Source: Paracoccaceae bacterium (GTDB taxonomy: Bacteria > Pseudomonadota > Alphaproteobacteria > Rhodobacterales > Rhodobacteraceae). From it: a DNA stretch of 64,000 bases. The notes beneath the pieces are model-generated. The model ran no database searches and was not told the DNA's origin. It was given only the letters and a program-made list of their open reading frames with translations. Made by a program: the position numbers and the translations under genes. Below, piece by piece: positions 20,404-28,658 of the stretch (within the stretch, counting starts at the first letter, position 1; every line of letters begins with the position of its first letter). The stretch lies in assembly GCA_027013095.1 (NCBI GenBank), contig JALUYI010000055.1, positions 7,475 to 71,474 on the forward strand. Reading direction: 5' to 3'.

Positions 20404-21741
20404 TTAACCATGGCCGCCCCCGAAATAGATGTAATTCGGCAGCCAAAGCGCGATTTGCGGAAAAATCATGTTCAAGGCCAGCGCCAGCACCATGACCCCG
20501 ACAAACGGAATGATCGAACCGTAAATGTCGCGCATGTTGATCTCGGGTGGCGCCATGGCGCGCATCAGAAAAAGGTTATAGCCAAAGGGAGGAGTCATAT
20601 AGGCAATCTGCGTGGTGATCGTATAAAGCACGCCATACCAGATCAGGTTGAACCCGAGATGATGCACCAGCGGGATATAAAGCGGTGCGACGATCACCAG
20701 CATCGCGGTGTCGTCCAGAAACGTCCCCATGACCAGAAAGCTAAGCTGCATCAGGATCAGGATCGTCCATGGTGAAAGGCCCAGTTCATCGGTAAACAGG
20801 TGGTCGATGGACTTGACCGCGCCCAAGCCGTCAAACACCGCGCCAAAGCCCATGGCCGCGAGAATGATGAACATAAACATGCAGGAAATCGCCAGCGTGC
20901 TGCGGACCGATTTTTCAAACACCTGCCGGTTCATACGCCCCTTGAGGACTGCTGCCATAAAAGCTGTCATCGCCCCCAAAGCCGAACTTTCGGTCAGCGA
21001 GGTCCAACCCTTGACGAACGGAAACATCATGGCAAAGAAAATAATCAGCGGTAACAGGCCCGCCTGCAGCAGGCGCAGGCGCTCACGCATGGGAACCTTG
21101 TCGCGCTCTTCCTTGGACAGGGTGGGGCCAAGTTCGGGATTTATCCTGCACCGGACGTAAATATAGAGAATGAACATCCCCGCCATCACCAGCCCGGGAA
21201 TGACTCCGGCCAGCCACAACTGGCCCACGGGTTGGCGCGCGATCATCGCATAAAGCACCAGAACGACCGATGGTGGCACAAGAATCCCCAGGCTCGAGCC
21301 CGCCTGAATGACCCCGGTGACCATCCGTTTGTCATACCCCCGCTTCAAAAGTTCGGGCAGTGCGATGGTGGCGCCGATTGCCATGCCCGCAACGCTGAGA
21401 CCGTTCATCGCCGAGATCAGCACCATCAAGCCGATCGTGCCAATAGCCAAACCGCCGTGCACAGGGCCCATCCAGACATGAAACATCTTGTAAAGGTCAT
21501 CGGCTATCTTGGATTCGCTCAGGACATAGCCCATGAAAATGAACATCGGCAGCGTCAGCAACGGATACCATTTCATCAGCTTCATGACCGCCGAGAACGG
21601 AATGTCCGAGCCCCCCGTCCCCCACAGGGCAAGCGCGGCAACAGCGGCCACTGCACCGATCGCGCCAAACACGCGTTGGCCGGTCAGAAGCATCAGCATC
21701 ATGCTGGAAAACATGAAAATGGCGATCATGTCATAAGACAT
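20404..21741 (-). CDS. dctM: TRAP transporter large permease
   Basis: 445 aa and highly hydrophobic (about 12 spans). TGATG overlap with dctQ. Confidence 0.9.
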   Translation of the reverse strand: MSYDMIAIFMFSSMMLMLLTGQRVFGAIGAVAAVAALALWGTGGSDIPFSAVMKLMKWYPLLTLPMFIFMGYVLSESKIADDLYKMFHVWMGPVHGGLAIGTIGLMVLISAMNGLSVAGMAIGATIALPELLKRGYDKRMVTGVIQAGSSLGILVPPSVVLVLYAMIARQPVGQLWLAGVIPGLVMAGMFILYIYVRCRINPELGPTLSKEERDKVPMRERLRLLQAGLLPLIIFFAMMFPFVKGWTSLTESSALGAMTAFMAAVLKGRMNRQVFEKSVRSTLAISCMFMFIILAAMGFGAVFDGLGAVKSIDHLFTDELGLSPWTILILMQLSFLVMGTFLDDTAMLVIVAPLYIPLVHHLGFNLIWYGVLYTITTQIAYMTPPFGYNLFLMRAMAPPEINMRDIYGSIIPFVGVMVLALALNMIFPQIALWLPNYIYFGGGHG

Positions 21742-22379
21742 CAGACGCTCTCCCCGCGCTGTTGGGCGGCCGGTTCATCGGCGCGCAAATCGATCCCCCT
21801 CAGGGTCGCGACATCCTTGAAAAATTCCGAGATCGCCTGCAGAAGCATCAGAAATATCCCGATGCTGGCCAATGTCTTGACCGGCCACAGATACGGGCGA
21901 AAGGCCGTGGGTGAGCGCTCGACATAACCCAGCAGCTTGCCCGCCGCCTCAGCGCCGCCGGTGATGTAGCTATAGATGAGGTGGCGAAAAAAGGTAATTG
22001 GACTGTCGCCAAAATAGCCCAGCGCATAGGCCGTCGATCCGATCGCCCCGTAAAGAACGACACCAAGATAAAAGACCAGAAACCAGACCGTAAAGGCATC
22101 GACCCACGCCTTTTGCCGGGTGGACCAGCTGCCATAGAACAGATCCATACGCACATTAGCCCCCAGCTGGATCGAATAGGGTCCGCCCAGCAGGTAATAG
22201 GCAACCAGCGAAAACTGCGCAATTTCCAGCGTCCAGCGCGACGGCTGAAAAAAGGTTTTCGAGAACGACGACCACAGCAGGACCCCGACCATGACGAATA
22301 TTCCATACATCATGACGCGACCGATCCGATAGTTCATCGCATCGATGATGCGCACATATCTTACGATGAATGTTGGCAC
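21741..22379 (-). CDS. dctQ: TRAP transporter small permease
   Basis: 212 aa with 4 hydrophobic spans. GTG start with AGGAGG 6 nt upstream, 2 nt after the preceding stop. Confidence 0.85.
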   Translation of the reverse strand: MPTFIVRYVRIIDAMNYRIGRVMMYGIFVMVGVLLWSSFSKTFFQPSRWTLEIAQFSLVAYYLLGGPYSIQLGANVRMDLFYGSWSTRQKAWVDAFTVWFLVFYLGVVLYGAIGSTAYALGYFGDSPITFFRHLIYSYITGGAEAAGKLLGYVERSPTAFRPYLWPVKTLASIGIFLMLLQAISEFFKDVATLRGIDLRADEPAAQQRGESV

Positions 22380-22381
22380 GT

Positions 22382-23182
22382 CTATCCTCCTGTCCCGCGC
22401 TTGGGGTTTGTGTTGACTTGCAGACCCAGCTGCCCCAGCGCCTCGGCCAGCCAGCCGGTCAGCATCGCGGCCAAGGCCTGTTGTTGTGCCGGTGATGCGA
22501 TCAGATCGTTGCGTATCTCGAGCATCACATTGGGCAAACCCGCCGTCAGGGCGTGTTGTTGCAGGGTATGCGTCACCCCGTCCGCCGGAGCATAGGGGGC
22601 GTTGCGCTCGACCAGCCGCGGCGTGTGACGCGCAGCACTGGCCAGCAAGAGGTCGGCAAGACGGCTATCGGTATCGTGCAAAACTCCAATCTCGGTTCGA
22701 CGAGTCTCGCCGCGGTAAACCGGGGTAAAACTGTGGATCGTGACCAATGCCCGAGCCCCTGCAGCGCGCCTGATCTGGGCCTCCAGCGCAGTTTTGAACG
22801 GCATATAGACGCTGCGGATACGCGCATTCCGCTCGGCCTGGTCCAAATTGCGATTGCCCGGAATTTCAAAAATCTCGCTTTCGGCCGGCATGGCGTCGGG
22901 CGCATCTGGCGGACGGTTGCAATCATAAACCAGACGCGAGACGGTGCTGGCCACCAGCGGCGCATCCATTGCCTCCGAGACCGCAACTGCAACGGCCCGC
23001 GCGCCGGGATCCCAGGCGACATGGCTGCGCGCAACCTCGGGGCCGATACCAAGATCGCCAAACTCCGCGGGAAAGCGGTTGGACGCATGCTCGCACACCA
23101 GAACGACCGGGGTGGCGGCATCAGGCCGGACGACCTCGACAGGCGGCTCGGCCCCGGCGCGACCCTGATCTGCTGGCAGCAT
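22382..23182 (-). CDS. N-formylglutamate amidohydrolase (FGase/HutG) family hydrolase
   Basis: 266 aa. The N-terminal VVLVCEHASNRFP and the later IHSFTP / LEIRNDL segments are typical of the FGase family. ATG with an AGAGG SD. Confidence 0.8.
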   Translation of the reverse strand: MLPADQGRAGAEPPVEVVRPDAATPVVLVCEHASNRFPAEFGDLGIGPEVARSHVAWDPGARAVAVAVSEAMDAPLVASTVSRLVYDCNRPPDAPDAMPAESEIFEIPGNRNLDQAERNARIRSVYMPFKTALEAQIRRAAGARALVTIHSFTPVYRGETRRTEIGVLHDTDSRLADLLLASAARHTPRLVERNAPYAPADGVTHTLQQHALTAGLPNVMLEIRNDLIASPAQQQALAAMLTGWLAEALGQLGLQVNTNPKRGTGG

Positions 23183-23228
23183 GATTACCTCTTTAAGAGA
23201 ATCGTTGCGATTTGACTTTCTGTCACCG

Positions 23229-23257
23229 AGAATTATGAAAAGAATTCTTCAAGAATA
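23229..23257. promoter_or_regulatory. candidate operator in the divergent FGase/rpiR promoter region
   Basis: AGAATT (23229), AGAATT (23241) and AGAATA (23252) recur at 12- and 11-bp spacing. The middle copy sits inside the perfect palindrome AAGAATTCTT (23240-23249). The stretch is AT-rich in a GC-rich genome. Confidence 0.3.
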
Positions 23258-23338
23258 CCTGACTTGTCAATCCGGTTTCTGAAATTATTTCTTCACGCGT
23301 CCTTGGCCTGTCCTTATATAGTCTATTCAGGAGGCAGC

Positions 23339-24211
23339 ATGTCCCAGACACCCGATACGGTTTTCCAACGCCTGACGCGGCTCAACGACACATTCACTCG
23401 GGCCGAGCGTCAACTGGCCGGGTCACTGTTGGAAAACTACCCGGTGTCCGGGCTTGGTTCGATCACCAATGTGGCCCGGAACGCCAATGTCTCGACCCCA
23501 ACGGTCGTGCGTATGATGCACAAGATTGGCTATTCCGGCTTCCCCGATTTCCAGAACGCCCTGCGACAAGAGGTCGAGGCAAAGATATCAAACCCCATTG
23601 CCAAGCACGAAAGCTGGGCGGCCCAGGCCCCCGACGAGCATATCCTCAACCGTTTCACCAAGGCGGCCACGCAGAATATCCGCCAATCTCTGGCGCAGAT
23701 CGAGACCAGAGATTTCGAAGCCGCCGCCGACCTGCTGGCCGATGACTCGCGGACGACATATATCGTCGGGGGGCGCATCACCCGGGCGCTGGCGGATTAT
23801 TTCTTTTTGCACATGCAAGTAATCCGCCGAGAGGTCGCCCTGATCCAGTCGATCTCGAACGCCTGGCCGCATGACCTCCTGAATGTTGAAACCGGGGATG
23901 TGCTGGTCGTGTTCGATGTCCGCCGCTATGAAAATGCGACCCTGAAACTGGCCGAGATGGCAAAAAGAAAGGGCGCGCGGATCATCCTGTTCACCGATCA
24001 GTGGCAATCTCCGGTCAGCACATTCGCCGAACTGGTCTTTGCCAGCCGGATCGAGGTACCCAGCGCATGGGACAGCGCCATTGTCCCCATGCTGTTTGTC
24101 GAGACCCTGCTGGCAGCGGTGCAAGAGCGCACATGGGACAAGACGCGCGATCGTATGGAAACGCTGGAAGAGATGTTTGACGAAACCCGCTTCTTCAGAA
24201 AATTCACCTGA
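23339..24211 (+). CDS. MurR/RpiR-family transcriptional regulator (HTH + SIS domain)
   Basis: 290 aa from ATG 23339 (CAGGAGG SD). The HTH is SITNVARNANVSTPTVVRMMHKIGYSGF and a C-terminal SIS-like domain follows. Divergent from the TRAP operon. Confidence 0.85.
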   Translation: MSQTPDTVFQRLTRLNDTFTRAERQLAGSLLENYPVSGLGSITNVARNANVSTPTVVRMMHKIGYSGFPDFQNALRQEVEAKISNPIAKHESWAAQAPDEHILNRFTKAATQNIRQSLAQIETRDFEAAADLLADDSRTTYIVGGRITRALADYFFLHMQVIRREVALIQSISNAWPHDLLNVETGDVLVVFDVRRYENATLKLAEMAKRKGARIILFTDQWQSPVSTFAELVFASRIEVPSAWDSAIVPMLFVETLLAAVQERTWDKTRDRMETLEEMFDETRFFRKFT

Positions 24212-24417
24212 TCCTTGGGCGGTTTTTTAGCTCCTAATGCCACAATCCGTTCGGATAACGCCAGCATTTCCTGCGCGCCTTGGCGAGCGGAGCAGGCAAC
24301 AGTCACAAACAATCTGAAAAACCGGCATAATTTTGCCATATTTATTAAGGCAAACTGAACGCGCGTCGGCAAAAGGCGCGTCACAACAACAACAAGCAGC
24401 AAAATACAGGTATCGAA

Positions 24418-24657
24418 ATGTCAGACTCTACAACACAAGACGAAACAGAAGTTTCAAACGTCCGCGCCGCGGGCGCCTTCCTTCTGGATTTTTTCACGGT
24501 ATTCTTCGTCGCCGGATATGCCATTGCAAAATTCAATCACTCGTCATTCCTGGGCGGCAAGACGGCGTTGCTCGCCGCGGCCATCGTCATTTTCTATTTC
24601 GTCATCGGGAAATACGTCGGCGGCACGCTCTGGCAGCGGATTACCCGGATCAAGTAA
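24418..24657 (+). CDS. small two-span membrane protein (RDD-like), function unknown
   Basis: 79 aa: an acidic N-terminus followed by two hydrophobic helices (RAAGAFLLDFFTVFFVAGYAIA, TALLAAAIVIFYFVIG). Weak SD. Confidence 0.5.
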   Translation: MSDSTTQDETEVSNVRAAGAFLLDFFTVFFVAGYAIAKFNHSSFLGGKTALLAAAIVIFYFVIGKYVGGTLWQRITRIK

Positions 24658-24763
24658 CCTGTCAGCAAGGTCCCGGGCGGCAGGGCAAAACGGCCCCCGG
24701 ACCCTGACCTTCCTGCAGCGCCCCACCGGGGAGCGCGGGATATCCGAAAAATTACCGCCGTTC

Positions 24764-24777
24764 TTGATTTCGATCAT
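24764..24777. promoter_or_regulatory. FNR/Crp-type box upstream of ubiT
   Basis: TTGATttcgATCAT matches the TTGAT-N4-ATCAA consensus at 9 of 10 positions. Its centre (24770.5) lies 41.5 nt before the ubiT ATG. TGcTAT (24797-24802) fits an extended -10. Confidence 0.5.
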
Positions 24778-24811
24778 GTTTACCCCCTGATCCCGGTGCT
24801 ATCGGCAGGGC

Positions 24812-25348
24812 ATGACACATGCTGATCACCCCGCAACCATATCGGGTCTGGGGCAACGGGTTGTACGCCTGTTGCCACCGTTGCCGCTGTTTTTGCTGCA
24901 ACCGATCCTGCGCCGGATCGTAACCCGGGTCGCGCGCAAAAATCCTGACATGTTCGGGCGGCTTGGCCCGCATCTGCGCGCCCGCTTTGTTATTGATCCG
25001 GTGAACCTGCCATTTGTCCTGCTGCTCAGGCCCGACCCGAATGACCTGTTGCTGCGAGCCTGTTCACGGCGCAACATCCCACCCCATGACGCCCGCATCA
25101 CCGGGGGATTTCTGGATCTTCTGATGCTGGTGGACAGCGACCTCGATGGAGACGCGCTGTTTTTTTCCCGCGATCTTACGATCACCGGCAACACCGAGGC
25201 AGTCGTATGCCTGCGCAATGCGCTGGATGACGTGGACGACAGCATCGCCGAGGACGTCGCCGCGATGTTCGGCCCACCCGGGCGCATGACCCTGAACGGT
25301 TTCCGCCGCATGAACGAAAGACGAGGGCAAAATCATGATCCGTCCTGA
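24812..25348 (+). CDS. ubiT: SCP2-domain ubiquinone biosynthesis accessory factor UbiT
   Basis: 178 aa. DGDALFFSRDLTITGNTEAVVCLRNALDD aligns with the E. coli YhbT/UbiT segment DPDTLFFQRRLVIEGDTELGLYVKNLMD as I recall it. It lies directly upstream of ubiU and overlaps it. Confidence 0.85.
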   Translation: MTHADHPATISGLGQRVVRLLPPLPLFLLQPILRRIVTRVARKNPDMFGRLGPHLRARFVIDPVNLPFVLLLRPDPNDLLLRACSRRNIPPHDARITGGFLDLLMLVDSDLDGDALFFSRDLTITGNTEAVVCLRNALDDVDDSIAEDVAAMFGPPGRMTLNGFRRMNERRGQNHDPS

Positions 25349-26333
25349 ACTGGTCTGCCCCGCAGGAACCCCGTCAGCAATGCGAACCGCGGTCGATGCG
25401 GGGGCCGATGCGGTCTATTGCGGCTTTCAGAATGCCACCAATGCGCGGAATTTTCCGGGTCTGAACTTTACAGTGCCGGAACTCGAGAAATCCGTCGCGG
25501 GGGCCCATGCCCACGGAACCAAGGTGCTGTTGGCTGTGAACACATTTCCGCCCGCCGGCAAGGTCGATCTGTGGAAAGAGGCCGTCGATGCCGGGTCGCG
25601 GATCGGCGTTGATGCCTTTATCGTTGCCGACATCGGGGTTGCCGATTATATCCACCGGACGCATCCCGACATCCGTCTGCACCTTTCGGTGCAAGCCGCG
25701 GCCTCGACCCCCGAAGCAATCCGCTTTTACTGCCGTGAATTCAACGTTAAGCGGGTCGTTCTGCCGCGCATCCTGACCGTGCCCGAGATCCGCGACATGG
25801 CGGCTGCAATCCCCTGCGAGGTGGAAACCTTCATCTTTGGCAACCACGGGCTGATGGTCGAGGGGCGCTGCAGTCTGACCAACTATATCACCGGACTTTC
25901 AACCAATATGGACGGGGTCTGCTCGCCCGCCGCAGATGTGCAATATATCCGCGATGACGCCGGCAACATGACGACGCGGCTGGGGGCATTCACGATCGAC
26001 TGTTTTTCGTGCTCGGAAAATGCCGGCTACCCGACGATCTGCAAGGGGCGCTATCAGGCGGCAGCCCATGAGGGACCGTATTATGCCTTTGAAGAGCCGA
26101 TCAGCCTGAACCTGTCGGCGCTGCTTCCCGACCTGATGAGCGCCGGCGTCACGGCGCTGAAAATCGAGGGGCGCCAGCGGTCACGAGCCTATGTGAAAAA
26201 GGTGGTCGGTGCTTTTCGCAAGGCGGTGGACAGCATCATGGCCGGGAATGACCCTGAAATTGCCGCGCTGATCGCCCTGACCGAGGGGCAAAAACAAACC
26301 GAAGGCGCCTTCAAAAGCAAGACATGGCGGTAA
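25335..26333 (+). CDS. ubiU: U32-family O2-independent ubiquinone hydroxylase subunit UbiU
   Basis: 332 aa, colinear with E. coli UbiU (ELVCPAG...AGADAVYCGF.NATNARNFPGLNF, ENAGYPTICKGRY, KIEGRQRS). The Cys residues of the Fe-S site are present. Confidence 0.9.
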   Translation: MIRPELVCPAGTPSAMRTAVDAGADAVYCGFQNATNARNFPGLNFTVPELEKSVAGAHAHGTKVLLAVNTFPPAGKVDLWKEAVDAGSRIGVDAFIVADIGVADYIHRTHPDIRLHLSVQAAASTPEAIRFYCREFNVKRVVLPRILTVPEIRDMAAAIPCEVETFIFGNHGLMVEGRCSLTNYITGLSTNMDGVCSPAADVQYIRDDAGNMTTRLGAFTIDCFSCSENAGYPTICKGRYQAAAHEGPYYAFEEPISLNLSALLPDLMSAGVTALKIEGRQRSRAYVKKVVGAFRKAVDSIMAGNDPEIAALIALTEGQKQTEGAFKSKTWR

Positions 26334-26341
26334 GCGAGCTG

Positions 26342-27256
26342 ATGAAACTGACAATCGCACCGATCCCCTTCCATTGGGACGCCCAAACCAAGCTGGACTT
26401 TTACGCCCGCATCGCGGACGAAGCGCCGGTAGATGTCGTCCATATCGGTGAGGTGATCTGCTCAAAACGCGCGCCCTTCTTTGAAAAGCACTACGACACC
26501 GTCGCCGAGCGCCTGACCCGAGGCGGGAAAACCGTGGTCTTTTCCACGCTGGCCGAGGTCATGTTGCCCCGCGAGCGCAAGATGATCGCCAGTTACTGTG
26601 CCCCCTCAGAGTTGCTTTTGGAAATCAACGACAGTTCAGCCCTCTGGCATCTGGAGGGGCGGCCCTTTCGTGTCGGTCCCCTAATGAATGTCTATAACGA
26701 GGCCACCATGGCCTATCTGGCCGGCCTCGGAGCAACCCATTTCAGCCTGCCCGCAGAACTGCCCGCATCCTCGGCGGCAATTCTGGCGGCAACGGCAAAG
26801 TCGCTGGGGGTCACGACCGAGGTGCAGGTGTTCGGTCGTGCCTCACTGGCGTTGTCAGCCCGCTGTTATCACGCCCGTGCCCACAACCGCATCAAGGACA
26901 ATTGCCAGTTTGTCTGCGAGGAAGACCCCGACGGAATGCCGCTGAAAACGCTGGACTCCGAGGATTTTCTGATCGTCAACGGCATCCAGACGATGTCCAA
27001 CAGCTACGTCAACCTGCTACCCGAACTCGAGGACATCCGCGACATGGGGATCACCCATGTTCGCCTGGTGCCGCACACGCAGGACATGGTCGCCATCAGC
27101 CGGATCTTTCACCGGGTCATTGCCGGTGATCTGTCCCCGGACGAGGCCGAGCGTACCCTTGCAACGCTGAACATTCCGGCACCCTTTTCCAACGGCTTCT
27201 GGTATGGGGCACCGGGGCATCAACGCCTTGCACACAAACCCGTGGCCGCCGCCTGA
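26342..27256 (+). CDS. ubiV: U32-family O2-independent ubiquinone hydroxylase subunit UbiV
   Basis: MKLTIAPIPFHWDAQTKLDFY...IGEVICSKR parallels the E. coli UbiV N-terminus. ATG 26342 is preferred; the in-frame ATG 26324, which overlaps ubiU, is the alternative. Confidence 0.88.
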   Translation: MKLTIAPIPFHWDAQTKLDFYARIADEAPVDVVHIGEVICSKRAPFFEKHYDTVAERLTRGGKTVVFSTLAEVMLPRERKMIASYCAPSELLLEINDSSALWHLEGRPFRVGPLMNVYNEATMAYLAGLGATHFSLPAELPASSAAILAATAKSLGVTTEVQVFGRASLALSARCYHARAHNRIKDNCQFVCEEDPDGMPLKTLDSEDFLIVNGIQTMSNSYVNLLPELEDIRDMGITHVRLVPHTQDMVAISRIFHRVIAGDLSPDEAERTLATLNIPAPFSNGFWYGAPGHQRLAHKPVAAA

Positions 27257-27265
27257 GTCCTGTCC

Positions 27266-28054
27266 TTACGCGCCCTGACGCCCCCCCTGACAGACCTTGC
27301 AATCGGCCCGACGGGTCAGGCGCATCTTGCGGCTTTCGCCATAAAGGGCGTCATAGATCAGCATCTCGCCCTTCAGAACCTGTCCGGCGCCGGTGATGTA
27401 TTTCAGCGCTTCGACCGCCATCATTGCGCCAAGAACACCGGGAAGCGCCCCGATCACCCCCGCTTCGGCGCAGGTGGGCGCCAGACCCTCGGCCGGGGGT
27501 TCGGGAAAAACGCAAGCGTAACACGGCGTTCCGGCCTTGCTGTCATAGAGACTGATCTGCCCCTCCCACTGGCTGATCGCACCGGCAACCAGAGGCTTGC
27601 CAAGGGCGACGCAAACGTCATTGGCCAGATAGCGAGTGGCAAAATTGTCCGAGCCGTCCAGCACCAGATCGAAATCGGCAATCAGCCTTGACGCGCTATC
27701 GGCGTCCAACCGACGGTTATAGGGCAGAATTGTCACATGCGGGTTGATGGCCTGCAAACCTTTTTCGGCGCTGAGGACCTTAGGCATGCCTATGCGCTGT
27801 TCGGTGTGGAGGACCTGACGTTGCAGATTGGACAGGCTGACCGCATCGTCATCAATGACGCCGATCGTGCCAACCCCTGCCGCCGCCAGATACAACAACG
27901 CCGGAGACCCCAGCCCGCCGGCACCAATAACCAACACCCGCGCGGCCTTCAGGCGTTGCTGGCCGACTCCGCCGACCTCACGCAGGATGATGTGCCGGGC
28001 ATACCGCTCCAGCTCGGTTTCGGAAAAAATCACGGGGTTGGTATCCTGAGTCAT
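27266..28054 (-). CDS. moeB: molybdopterin-synthase adenylyltransferase (MoeB/ThiF family)
   Basis: 262 aa from ATG 28054. ERYARHIILREVGGVGQQRLK, the nucleotide loop VIGAGGLGSP and the CxxC pairs (CYAC, CKVC) are present. The track ORF is over-extended by 25 codons. Confidence 0.85.
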   Translation of the reverse strand: MTQDTNPVIFSETELERYARHIILREVGGVGQQRLKAARVLVIGAGGLGSPALLYLAAAGVGTIGVIDDDAVSLSNLQRQVLHTEQRIGMPKVLSAEKGLQAINPHVTILPYNRRLDADSASRLIADFDLVLDGSDNFATRYLANDVCVALGKPLVAGAISQWEGQISLYDSKAGTPCYACVFPEPPAEGLAPTCAEAGVIGALPGVLGAMMAVEALKYITGAGQVLKGEMLIYDALYGESRKMRLTRRADCKVCQGGRQGA

Positions 28055-28190
28055 CTCGGGGGGCCTCTGCTTGGAGCCATGACAATAGCCAGCCACAGGC
28101 CAGAACCGCAACCGCAATCGCCGCGACAATCAGCCAGCTCTGCGGGCCGGAATCCGCGAATTGTCTGTCGGAAAGCAGAGGACCAGCGGA

Positions 28191-28658
28191 TCACTCCTCG
28201 CCCGTCGAACCAAATCCGCCCTGCCCGCGCGCGCTGGGACTCAGTGCATCCTGACGGGAAAAGCACGCCCGCACCACCGGAGCAAGCACAAGCTGCGCGA
28301 TCCGCGCGCCGTGACAGACACGAAAGGACTGATCCCCAAGGTTGATCAGAATTACCCCCAGTGGCCCGCGATAATCACTGTCGATCGTGCCCGGCGCATT
28401 TGCCAGCGTCACCCCGTGTTTCAGGGCCAGCCCCGAACGCGGGCGAATTTGCGCTTCAAAGCCGGCGGGGATCTCGATCTTCAGGCCGGTCGGAACCAGC
28501 AGGCGCGCCATAGGGGCCAGCAACACCCCGTCTTGTCGCTCGGCGGGCCCGAGGTTGGCACGTAGATCGGCCCCCGCCGCCCCCTCGGTTTCATAGCGTG
28601 GCGGCACAAGCGCCGGGTCGGCTTCGGACGTCAAGGTGAACCGAATGGTCGCGCTCAT
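28191..28658 (-). CDS. dut: dUTP diphosphatase
   Basis: 155 aa from ATG 28658 (ATGA overlap with the coaBC stop). Motifs [33 protein letters not shown] and [10 protein letters not shown] are present. Confidence 0.93.
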   Translation of the reverse strand: MSATIRFTLTSEADPALVPPRYETEGAAGADLRANLGPAERQDGVLLAPMARLLVPTGLKIEIPAGFEAQIRPRSGLALKHGVTLANAPGTIDSDYRGPLGVILINLGDQSFRVCHGARIAQLVLAPVVRACFSRQDALSPSARGQGGFGSTGEE

